From the NCBI RefSeq assembly GCF_009914755.1, contig NC_060931.1: a DNA stretch of 64,000 nt, one strand, 5' to 3'. Each line of letters begins with the position of its first letter. Positions within the stretch are counted from its first letter, which is position 1. Of the stretch, positions 12,901-24,700 are shown one piece after another. The position numbers and the translations under genes are program-made. This stretch comes from the human T2T-CHM13v2.0 reference genome, Homo sapiens. Under the pieces are notes generated by a model, which made no database searches, was not told where the DNA came from, and worked only from the letters and a program-made list of their open reading frames with translations.

Positions 12901-15900
12901 TGTGCAATTCTGTAGAGCTGTGTACTCTCCAAAGAGGCACTCAATTGTCAGGATCTAATGCATAACTAAGTAGAATCTGGGAGGTCCAAGTGCGAACCAA
13001 AAAACATTTAGGTTGCTTTGGAATGAGATATAATTACAAGCAGCATTCATAAATTGTAAGCTGAAGAAGACTTACAGATAAAGCTGGCCCAAAGAACTCC
13101 ATTACAACCTGCCAATCATATTCAATCGAGAGAAAAATACAAATGTTTTTCAGCTATGGATACTGGAACAACTGAATATACTTCAGAGAGATACCATTAA
13201 CAAAAAACTCAAAGTTATTGGCCTAAAGTCCTTATTTTACCTGCGTTCTTAAACAATAGTCACCCTTGGAACAGGTGGGTAGCAAGAAAGTAGTGATTGT
13301 CCAGCTGAGAGTCTTGCCACCTCACAAGTCTTATCTCCACAATTCTGTCTCCACAATTTCCTCACAACGTAAGTGCTGACAGCTTTATACTACCTACAGC
13401 CTTCAAAAATAATCAGTGTATTGTCATGTGTGTTTTTTTTCCTAGGGATACTAAATTTCAGGCATTATTTTCTTTATAAAGATGCTAATTTTTTGTGATT
13501 GTATAAAAAATCATTATTAGAGTCATGACCACTGAGTTAACTAATTCCATTTCAACAAAACCTGTTTCCTCCACGGAATCTACAGCAAACTTCACCTAAG
13601 TCACCTGATTTGTTAAATATTGAGCTCTAACCTCCAAACTCTATAGTATTTGAATTAACATATTATTTTGAAAACTGTTGTTAAGAAAAGGTGATCTTAA
13701 ATGTAAACCAATATTCTCAGTATATGTTTGGAAGAGTTTGGAGAAGTAATGAATACAGGAGGACATGAGACTTCCGAACTTTGAAATCAAATCATTCAGA
13801 AGTGACAGCCCTCAGGAGAGGAATATCTTACCCAATAGGGTGGCAGGTGTGAGCTCACAGCATCAAACTGCAGCCACTCACCTGAGCATGTGTGGCCTCT
13901 AATGTTCCCCAAGATGGGATGTTTTCATGTGGTTTATTTTTTAAAGAGAACAAAGTACCAAACTTCAACTTTTTTTCCCAGCTTCTATCTCATTCCTGGC
14001 TCTTGACAAAGAATTTCAAATGTGTGTCAATAGCCCTCCCATTATCTGGAGAGTAAATCATGTGAAATGATGCATAACTCAATAAAAATACTGGAAAAGC
14101 AATGCTTCAATATGTTTTATGGTAAATCATAGATTTTACATTTGTTAAAAAAAACACCAGATATCTTAAATAATTTGGACTAATAAAATTAAAGCATGCC
14201 AAAGCAAGTTAGAATGTTAAAAGTAGCCACAACAATGAAGTGAATATCTTATTTAAATATTAACTTTAGAAGCTATGAAGTCATTTTTTAGATCCTGGGC
14301 ACATTTCTGGATTGCTATGCAATCAAATATATGTCTAGAATTTACTCTATGTTTTTGTTTGTATTATCAGTTACTGCTTTATAGTTTTTATAAGTGGTTA
14401 GATGCCTCTATGATATGAAATCTGTTGGAATTTATATCTATTTTCAAGCAATTCCATTTTACAAACATATTTTCAAATTATTCTACTTATGCTAATCATG
14501 CCATAAATTAATGTATCAGGGAAAACAGAAATACAGTAAATTGGGTTAGTTTGCATTAAAATCCAAACAAGAACCCTATTATTAAACTGGATTTGTATTT
14601 AACAGCATTTGAAAAGTTTTCTACGCAGATTCAGTAAGTCTTAAAGCATTATTTCTAAATTTAATGCTTTGATGAACTTACGTCACACATTAAAATCATC
14701 TTAATGCACCTTTTTGTCAATTCTTCACAATAGTATTACAAAAGGAAGAGAAGAGAGGATATATTTATAAAGCAAATGAAAAAGAACTCAATGGAAGCCT
14801 ATTAGGCTACCTGTTGATGAGCGTATAAGAGAGTCATTAATATGCGGATCATTGACATGATAGGCCATAATGACTCCTCCAGGGACTATCAGTCTATTGT
14901 GTCAGAGACTAGTTGGGGATTCATTAACGTGCAGACGCGTGACTTCTTAATATGCAAATTATGAACGCAAAGCACTGAGGCATACCTCACAAATGTCCAC
15001 ATTTTGTGTTACACATTTTCTTTGTCAACCCCTCACCCACACCTTTTGTGAACTATTTTGTTTCTTCCATCCTCTGTCACAGATTTCTTCATAAAAGAGC
15101 CTATACTGTTATGGAATCTACCGCTTCACATTCAGAGAACTCCTCCTCTTCAGCTCATGGGTTTTATTTATTTATTTATTTATTTTGGTTTTGGGCTTCT
15201 GTTGTTTTTTACTTAAAGCTAGTTTATACATACAAACCACTTGCTTGCACCGTTTTGACTAAACCAGTCGAAGTTCAGTACAAAATCTGCTTTTATATTT
15301 TTCTCCAATGTGAAATTGGTTTTTGGCTAATGACATATAAAGTGAAGAAAGCACTTGTTTTTAAAAATGAAACATGAGTAGCATAATTAGCAGTTGAATA
15401 ATTTGGACTGAAGGTGGGTGGGGAAAACATAGTGGAATGGAATACCGAAAAAGAGAGCAGAGAAAGGCCCAAGAGAGGACACCAGATAAAAGAATGCAAT
15501 TAAATCAAGTAAGAGTATTTGATACCAATGTAACACAATAAATGAGGAAACAGATGTAAGCCACTCAATGTCTGGCATACAGCAAGCAAGCAGGAAGCAT
15601 CAACTATTATTATTATATTGGCATTTTGCATTTATGCAAAAAAAATGAATAGACACATTCCCTTTTGAAAAAATATGAAAAAAACATATGGAGTAAAAGT
15701 TGTTCAGTCTTTGAACTAACCGTCTATGAAGAAGGGAATCAAACTTACATTCCTGCAACAGAATTAGCTACAGAATCCATGGAAAGGTATTCAAGTATTT
15801 TTTGAAGCCTATTCACATGCCATGTTATGGAAAATATGTTATGGTATAACTTTTCATATGAGACTTTAAATGTTGCTTGTATTCACTTTCTTGACACTTT

Positions 15901-16290
15901 ATTATTCTAGTGTGATCTAAAGTACAACACAATCTTTCATTACTATTTCTCTCTTAAATTTCAGGAGATACAGACGCTTAGTTCTTTACTTGTAAACTCC
16001 ATATATCCTAAGCACTGCAGTGGGTCTACAGAAGTCTATATTTATTGAGTATGAAATAATTATATCTCCATATAAATTAATTTGTATAATTTTTAAGTTA
16101 GCTTTAAGGTCCTCACTATCTTGAGGAGATCCTACATAGATTTTATTTGATTAAAACTCTTTAAATATGAGGTAATATGTTTTAGAATAAATTATGCTTA
16201 CTAACATGATTATCACAAGCAGCTAATTACACTTCTTATTCTGGCTAATGTTAATTTCAATATTAAATGCCAGAAAACATCAAATAGTTA

Positions 16291-16387
16291 CTGGAGTTCG
16301 AAGCTGCAGTGAGCTATGATTGCACCACTGCAATCTAGCCTGAACAGCAGAATGAGGCCCTGTCTCTTAAAGGAAAAAAAAAAAAAA
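16291..16387 (+). mobile_element. 5'-truncated Alu/FLAM-type fragment
   Basis: ggagttcgaagctgcagtgagctatgattgcaccactgca...poly-A; AAA(T/A)AGTTA flanks. Confidence 0.85.
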
Positions 16388-17332
16388 GTTATGCAAATTA
16401 TGTAGGAAGCTTAGAAGTTTACAGTAGAGACACCATCTTATATTCGCTGGAGCCACCCACTGGAGGGGATGAAAGAGGTCAGGATGAGCTTATAAGTGCC
16501 AAGACAACTTGCCCCATTGAAGGCTTTTGGGTCCCTGATTAAATGAGTAGAATTTATTACCAGAAAATCCTAAGATGAAGTGAGAAGCATTCACTAAGAT
16601 GACTACTGTTGAAGATTAGTATAAGAGCAATATGGTGTTCTGGAAAGGTCAAGTTGAGAACCTGATAAAAGGGGAAAGGCAAACAGCAGGTCACTGAGGA
16701 AATGGACCACACACTGGGATTGCTAAAGGAGTGAAGTGCAAGAGCCAAACTCTGCTGAGATGCAGTTATGTTGATAAGGATAGGGATCTCTGTCACACTT
16801 TTAACAAAGCAGCACAGGACATTATAGTCAATACTTGGAAGGACACTGCTACCCAGTGGGTTTAAAGGACTCAATCCGTCTATTGGATATGATACCAATT
16901 CAGAGTAATGTTGGATAAAATTCAGCATGTGTTCATTCAAAAAATATTTAACTTATACTGGGCTAGAAGCTAAACCACTAGCTCAGGCTGACATGGAACA
17001 AATTCTGCCTTCATAAAGTTTACAGTCTAATGAAGGTTAACACAAAACAGACTTTAAAATCACAGCTGTAAGCTTAATGATTGGGGTAGCATGGAGTTCT
17101 ATAGAAGAAAATAATAAGAGAACTAAGTCAAACTCAGAGAACAGAGGTGGCCAGGGAAGGCCTCCTGGCAGAGGGAGCATTTTGTTTGAGTCCTGAGGGC
17201 TTAGTATGACTATTGAGATGAAGAAGACAGAGCAGAATATTCCAGGCAGATGGAATATCAAGGGGCATGGTAGTGAGAGAGATATAAGTGTCCAACAAAA
17301 ACAACTAAAAGATGAGTACAATTAGATCTTAG

Positions 17333-18095
17333 TGACAAAGATAATGATAACAATTTTCTCTTTGACCAAACTCTAGCCAGGCTCTTTAGGCCCATGTTAT
17401 TGACTAGGCCTCAACCCTGGCCTACACAAACTACAGCCTCTCAACACAAATAGTTTTGTCCTCCTCCTTTCCCCACAATAAAAGACTTAAGCAAATACTA
17501 ACATCTTTTCTAAAGCTCAAGGCCATATTTCTAGGATGACCCTAGCCATACTTAAAGTGCCTGCTTCAGAAAGCTCAAGGCTGCCAAAAGAATTTATTGT
17601 TCGTTCCAGCCAACACCTGAAGATAAGGCCCTGGCCACCATTTCTTAGAGCTTTTACTAAAAAGGGCTTATAAGTGTAAATCCTTTCTCTGTGTGTTAAG
17701 ATGTATATGTATGTCCTACAATTCAGTATTGTCTTTTTCCAGGGCCTGAAAGCCATTTCATTAAAATGTAATCATCAGGAAGGATAGGGTCTCTATTTCC
17801 CAGTCTATGGAAGGATAGAATCCTAACTAGAATTTCAAGCTAACAGACTGACTGGCCTAATCAGCATTTATAAAGACCAGTACTTTGCAATTTTTTGGTT
17901 TCCTGACTCTACTAAGAGTCAGTAACTCACCTGGATCCTATTTGCCCCTTCTCTACTTAAAAATTCTCCCTTAAAAATGCCCAGTCACCTCTGTACCAAT
18001 TCAAGCTGAGTTCAGTTCATGATGTACCCCACTTACTTATTGCAGTAGTGTATTATTGATTAAAATCTGTGCTCACCACTTCATCCAATGTCTTT
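17333..18095 (+). mobile_element. Probable ERV1-class solo LTR (MER67-like), adjacent to an L2 relic
   Basis: Motifs 'gactaggcctcaaccctggcc' and 'aagctcaaggctgccaaaagaattta...ccagccaacacctgaagata' recalled from this LTR group; ATTAAA near the 3' end. Family assignment tentative. Confidence 0.5.
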
Positions 18096-18456
18096 AAAAA
18101 GAAAAATGAATACTTTCTAAAAGTTTACTTCATTCTAAATGAAAATGCCACGCTGTGTGATGTACCTTTTTTCCCAAAGAAATGTTTCCTTTTGTCCCAA
18201 GTCATCACTGAGGGAGCAAAGTATCTTTAATAAATATATAAAGCTTATCCTTTGTATCTGAATGTCCCACATCCTTAATATTGTTATTAATGCTTAAAAA
18301 TACTTCATGCCACATTTTCCAAAGTGTTATTTGGATTTACTAATTTTTGTTTAAATAGCATTATTCTTTTTGTGGATAGTGTGACTAGTTACAAGATTTT
18401 CATTATTTTTTAAATTATAACTCAAAACACCAGTATTTATGTCCTTTGTTTACATC

Positions 18457-18621
18457 AGTCATTCTCAACCTTTGTGCACATTGGAGTAGTCTGGAGACCT
18501 TTTAAAAATACCAAGCCTGCAACCACCCCAGACCAATTAACTTACAGTCTTTGTAGTTGGATCTGGGTGTGGGTGCCTTATTTTTCCGTTTGCTATGTGC
18601 AGCCAATTTTGAGACGCACTG
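18457..18621. mobile_element. MER5-type DNA transposon relic
   Basis: Terminal inverted-repeat-like ends CAGTCATTCTCAA ... TTGAGACGCACTG. Confidence 0.6.
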
Positions 18622-19354
18622 GTTTACACTGCTATTCTACATTGGCTTTTACTATATGAAGTTATGGTTAATGTGAAATTAAGACCTTTAGTAAAAATAC
18701 TCTGCTATTAAGGTTTTCTAGATGAGTGAGGACGAGAGGGGCATGCATAATCAAACATGCTAGCATTAATGTAAATTGTATATGGATTGCTCTTCTGCTA
18801 CTAAGTCTATAAAACAATTAATTTTCACTCATGAGGATTACCTCTCCATACTTCAATGAATTTAAATTTACTTTTTTTTTTTAACTTAAAGGAAGCCTAG
18901 ATGTTGTTTTAGGTAGGAAACATTAATTATTTCTATGTTAACAACTTCTGCTTATTACAAAATTGATCATGTTTACAAAGATTTAGACTTGGGCTAGCAA
19001 AATGTTTTCCAGTTGTTGCACTATGTAGTGAATAGCCCAATTACTATAAATGAAAGTACCATAAAGTGTATCTCATAAAATAAACAATCAGAGTCGAGAG
19101 GTGAAAATAATAAAGTTACAGTTATTGAAGAAGGTAGAACTGCAATATAATTGTTTAAATGCAAGTTCATGGATAATGCTGATAGTTTAATGTGTTAGGA
19201 GTTTATTATGTGTAAGAGAATATTTCATATAAAAATACCATAACCATATATATTCTGGTCTTTTCTTTCTTCCTAATATGGTATATAAGTGAAGGCACTT
19301 GCAAGATTACACTTGCAGTCTTTCAGAATCATCAATTTCCAATGGTTTGCTTGA

Positions 19355-19617
19355 TTTATACATATATCATTATATATGTCAATATACATAAAATATTGAT
19401 ATATATCATACATATATAGTATGTATATATTATTGTATATATGACATATCAAAAATGTATATTTACATATTATATATAGCACTTTATATGTGTATATATA
19501 GTGATTTATATATATACAGTGCTATACATGATATATATAAGTATATACTTGTATATACACTTACATAAGTATATACTTACATAGTATATACATATATAAT
19601 TATATATGTATATATAC
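19355..19617. repeat. Degenerate (TA)n-rich low-complexity tract
   Basis: Visible TA/TATG/CATA repeats with local palindromes (AAGTATATACTT). Confidence 0.85.
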
Positions 19618-20947
19618 TCCTAATTTTATAAAAAATATTTCTTATAAGTACTAATTTACATAAACTTATCCAACTTGCACAGTACTAGAAATTAATAATT
19701 CAAGTTAAGACATTTTGAAACAAAAAATGATAGCTACAATGATTAAGTTTTTTTTTAAATAATGCTGATGTAGAATTTCTTCTTTGATTAGATTTACTGT
19801 AACACAATTCTACTTTCACTCAGAATTAGCAACTGGGTACTTCAGTGGGAAAAGATGGACCTGAAACATAGAATTTGAAGATCTGGACAGCAAGAAGGCA
19901 GCTAGAGTAAAGGTGAAAGGGATCCCCAAAGAATTCAAAGACAAGCCACCAACTGCATGTGTTCATCCACACTTTTCCTGCACTCTCCCTCACTGTGGGT
20001 AGTGACTTATTTCTGTGTGAAATAATCCAAAGAGGGTATAGGAGCCCCAAGGAGCGTTAAAACCCAATGAAAATAGACGGCGAAGGTCCATTACCTGAAC
20101 ATTTTCCAAACATAGACACCATCCCCCTTCTAAATTGGACTCTCCAACTCTATAGCTGGCCCACGACAGTGTACCTAATATATTGATGAGTAGAAAAAAG
20201 CAGGTTGTAGTCCAATACACAGGCATTGCATAATTTCACTTCTATTTAAAACATGGTGACAGTGTGTATATATATTTGCATCAACTTAGGTAAAAACCTG
20301 GAAGTTTATATTCCAAATTAATTTCTCCTCAATGAAATAAAATTGTGAATGGGTTAAAGTAGGAATGTCACAGAGAAAATTATGAAATAAAGAATGTGTT
20401 TTGCTTTTTTCATTTTCTTTAATATTCTTAACCCTCCTTGCCAACGATCTTCATGACAGAACTCTTTCTAACTAAGCAAACTGGTCCAGGGTTAGCTGCG
20501 AGTGGTAAGGGGTCGTGTGGCAGGACATAGTAGAAAGATCATATGCAGTGGTGTCAAAAGTATTATTTTCAAATCCCCTGAAAACCAACATACTCATTCT
20601 GTGACCTCAAAAAAGTATTGCAAATCTCTTTAATCCTCTTTCTGCATTGTCACAATGGAGATAATAACATCAGCCTGACCTACATCACAGGGTTGTCGAA
20701 AAAAGATCATAAACAAATGCCACCTTTTGCAAACTATGAACATCAAAACAGGGATTTTTAAGTTTATAACTGAAGTCATTTTGTATATACAATTTTAGTC
20801 ATAACTTTTAGAAAACAAGAAGCATGTTGTGTAACTTGGCTCCTAATTTTAATGATCTTTGTTTTCTTCCTTATCTTTTTCTTGGTCTCTTAATGTTGGA
20901 ATCTCTGAGAACTCAGTCCTGTTCCTCTTCTCTCTTTGTGTGTGTGT

Positions 20948-21100
20948 GTTTTTTAAGAGATGGAGTCTCACCTTGTCACCCAGGCTGGAGTGGAGGGGCA
21001 CAATCATTCACTGCAGACTCCAACTCCTGAACTCAAGTGATACTCCAGCCTCAGCCTCCCAAGTATATGGGACTATAGGCACAAACCACAGTGCCTGGCC
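20948..21100 (-). mobile_element. Alu monomer (FRAM/FLAM-like)
   Basis: gagatggagtctca...caggctggag...cctcagcctcccaagta...gtgcctggcc; single arm only. Confidence 0.85.
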
Positions 21101-21740
21101 TGTTATCTTCTTTATGTATGATATATTCTTGGTGATAACTTCCAGTCTTACATTTTAATATACTGTTTATAGCCTGAAGACTCCTAAATTTGTACTAGCC
21201 CAGAACTCTCTCCCAAATGGCAGACTACATCTAATTGTACACTACATCTCCACTTGGATAAAGATTTACAATGCACTTTAATGCAATCCATGCAGTCAGA
21301 GTCAGCTTGCCTCTCTGCGAGCTCTCTGCATCTCCTGCTGTGTTCACCTTCACTCACTCTGCTTTAGCCACACTGGCCTTCTTGCTAGTCTGCAAACATT
21401 CCTGTTCACTCCCTTCTTAGAGAATTTGTACTGGTGGTTCCTTCAGCATAGAACAGAGTCATCGCTGACTCTTTTCAAGTCTCTGATCAATTGTTACCTT
21501 CTCGATGAAGTGCATTCTTTTGAGAAAGTGAAGGAAGAACACTCATTCTGCTTATGCTTCTCAATTGCATTTATCTGGTAACCTTAGTTGTTCTTTATAC
21601 TTATAATTTATTATTAGTTTTCTCTCCATTAGGATGTAAGCTACGTAAGGATAAGCATTGTCTTTTTGCTAATGTATCCTCAGTGCTTAGAACAATATTG
21701 GCACATAGTATGTTTTCCATAATATTTATTGAATGACTGA
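21101..21740 (+). mobile_element. L2 3' region
   Basis: Characteristic 'agccacactggccttcttgct' and terminal 'cctcagtgcttagaacaatattggcacatagta...aatatttattgaatgactga'. Confidence 0.7.
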
Positions 21741-24700
21741 TGGTCCTTCATCATTCATTTCTTCCAGTCACTGATCTTTTTTTACTTCCCATCAATACCC
21801 AAGCTAAGAGCATAGTAAGAGTTTTGCTGCTGATATTTGTATATTTTTTTCTTTAATGTTAACCAAGATCCCTACCCTCTTAACCTGGAAGTCACTGGTA
21901 TTACAGAAGAAACCATAGTAGAGTAGTTCCTATATATCCATCTAAGAGGATAAAGATTGAGGTGCCTGGATTAATCTTTTTCACTAGGTAAAAGTGTAAA
22001 CTTTAGATTTTGAAGGAATGAATAATTTGGATTAAACTAATTACAATAAGAAAGTTCCCTTAAGCACCACCAGAGTAGTAAGATGAATCACCCGTGAAAT
22101 AGGTATAGAAATAGCTAAAATCTGTGCAATATATATCTGCTTATTTATATAAAAAATGACCTATAGAAGAATTGAGTACTTAATATTGATAATGGGAAAA
22201 GGATGAAACCCATGTTTTAAACACAGCAACACGTATAGACAAGTAAATGAAAATGCTTATGAACACAGAAACAATTATTTAAACTATGAGGTCCCCAAAA
22301 TATGCCCTGTAAGTATCATGGTGTTCATAAATTCCTTAAGCAGAAGGCAATGAAGGACCATTCGTATAACATCATCAATGCAAAACCTCTTAGCAGAAAA
22401 AGTTGGGAAATCATACTCAATACGATTACATTCAATTCTCCTCCTTACAGTTAGCAAACTGAATCTTACATTTTTTTCCATTCTAATGTGCCCTCCAAAC
22501 TCTTTCTGGATTAATATAACCAAAAATACTTTGTTCTTGAGCATAGAGACTAAAGCACAAAATCTTCAGCCTAGCAAGACTGTACAACTCTTTTTCAATC
22601 TTGCTTTTCAAGATTGACTCCCACAATTCCTTTCATTTCAGACAGTGTGATTAATAACATCTTCAACTTACTTTCTGTGCATTCATCTCCATAAGTATAT
22701 TTATACTGTATGTAAATGTTCTTCTGTTCCTTCTCCACATTCACAAATTTTACCATTTGCAGGTCAAATTCAATTCCTCTGTGGTGCTGTCTCTAATTGT
22801 GGTAGCCTGCAGTATAATCGTTTTTCTAATGCCTATTGCTCTTTATCTCCTATGAATTTGTCCGAGTATGTTTCACTCTATTTGGTAAATACCATGTCGA
22901 TAGCTAACTTCTCATGTGTACAAATATTATCACTAAACCAAATCTTTGCTTAGAGATAGAAGTTACCTAAAAGAGTTCTATGTAAAATAGGGACTGTAAA
23001 TTCTTTATGAATAATTAGTTTATCGAAGCACTATGCCTCAGAGCTATAGGGAGTTAAAGACCTTAAATCCCAAACCCAGCTTCGCCTGCTATACATTTCC
23101 TGGACTTGATCAAATAAATTTCCTTTGACAAATTTCTTCTTATGTGAAATGGGACTGGCTCTGCTTACTACAATGTAACTGTGAAGTAATGGGAGATAAT
23201 GTTATACCACTTAAGAAGTCATAATAGATTTAAAAAATACATAAGTTTATGTAATAGCAAATTCTAAATTGATGAAGAACAAGCTAACTTATTCACATGG
23301 TAAAACACCATAAAACTCAAGTTGTCAATACACTACAGTTCATTATACATGAGATGAGATTCTTACCTGGTTTTGTAGCCAAGTTCTAACAAATGTTACA
23401 GACCCTCAAATACAAAATTAAAAGAATAAAAGGAAATTGGTCCAAAATCATCATAAGTGGTCAAAGAATTACCCAGAAATTGAGGAAATACAAAGAAAAA
23501 AAAATTGTCTTTTATAGCTATGTCAGCAAAATTATACAAAGGGTTTCAAAAATTTATTTCTTCAGGAGTCACTGTACAGAAAATTATATTCTATTGTACT
23601 AAAAACAGTATCCCTCCATATTTTCCAGTCAACAGCTAATTCGTTCTCAAAATTATGTTTAATTCAATCTCACAATGTTTTCACTGGGACCCATATTTGT
23701 ATATTGAAGCTAATAGGAAAACAACAAAATGTATCAATAAAATTTTACCTTTTAGCTACTTTCACTGAAACAATTATTCTGAGAAAGTGGAAAATAAAAT
23801 ACTTACAAACACCATGTATTACCTATCTCCACAACACATTTTTACTTTGGGTGGAGACTTCAGCTTTTGTACAATGAAGTTCGCATGAGTATTAGGAAAA
23901 ATTATAGTAGAATTCTTAATGAAAACTATGAGGATTAAGGGTAGTAATGTAAGAATTAATTGATGTATAATAGATGGAATATATTATTTTTGCTATATAA
24001 AATACATAGTTATTTAGACTTCACCCTAATTTCCTAAAATATGTTTCCAATTCTTGTCATAAAAATATTATAATTTTAAGAGTTATGAGTGTTATAATAT
24101 GCCTGATAGTACTATTCCATTTGAGTTTGTCAATATTTTCACAAAATATTTAAGATGTTTTATATTCAGTGAAATCAGCAATCAGCTACAAACTAAAAAT
24201 TCCCATTGCTTAAAGTTTACAAAAGTAAAAGCCCTTGCCTACAATAATCAATGCAAATAGACCCCTCTGTTACACAGTTTAAAACATTTATATACATGAA
24301 TATGGGAATTGTTTCTATTCTTCCTGTAACTTTTCTATAAATCTAAAATTTTATCAAAAACCATTTTAAAATACCTTTTAAGTAGTACACAATAGAGTGT
24401 AGTAGACACATCACACTAAATTTTTGTAGGTCTTGAGTTGAAACATTTAGATGCATTGCATTACTCTCACTGGTTCTAGGTTTTTGTTTTGCTCTTTGTT
24501 TCATTTAGGGAAGGACCAAGACTCTGCAATCTCAAGATAGAAATGTCAGTGGAATACAACTAGTAGAGTGTCTAGGGATGCCAGCATCAGTGAGGACCAC
24601 ATAAGCGTCAGCACTAATATGAGCAGTGGCCCTGGCAAGAAGAAAAAGGTAAGTGAATCATTTCTGATCAGTGAACATAGAATTTCTACCTTTGGTCTTT

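Noticed and set aside
15006-15377. 123-aa hydrophobic ORF next to the candidate conserved element
   Set aside because: GTG start, runs through a (TTTA)n tract, and the hydrophobicity reflects T-richness; no coding signature.
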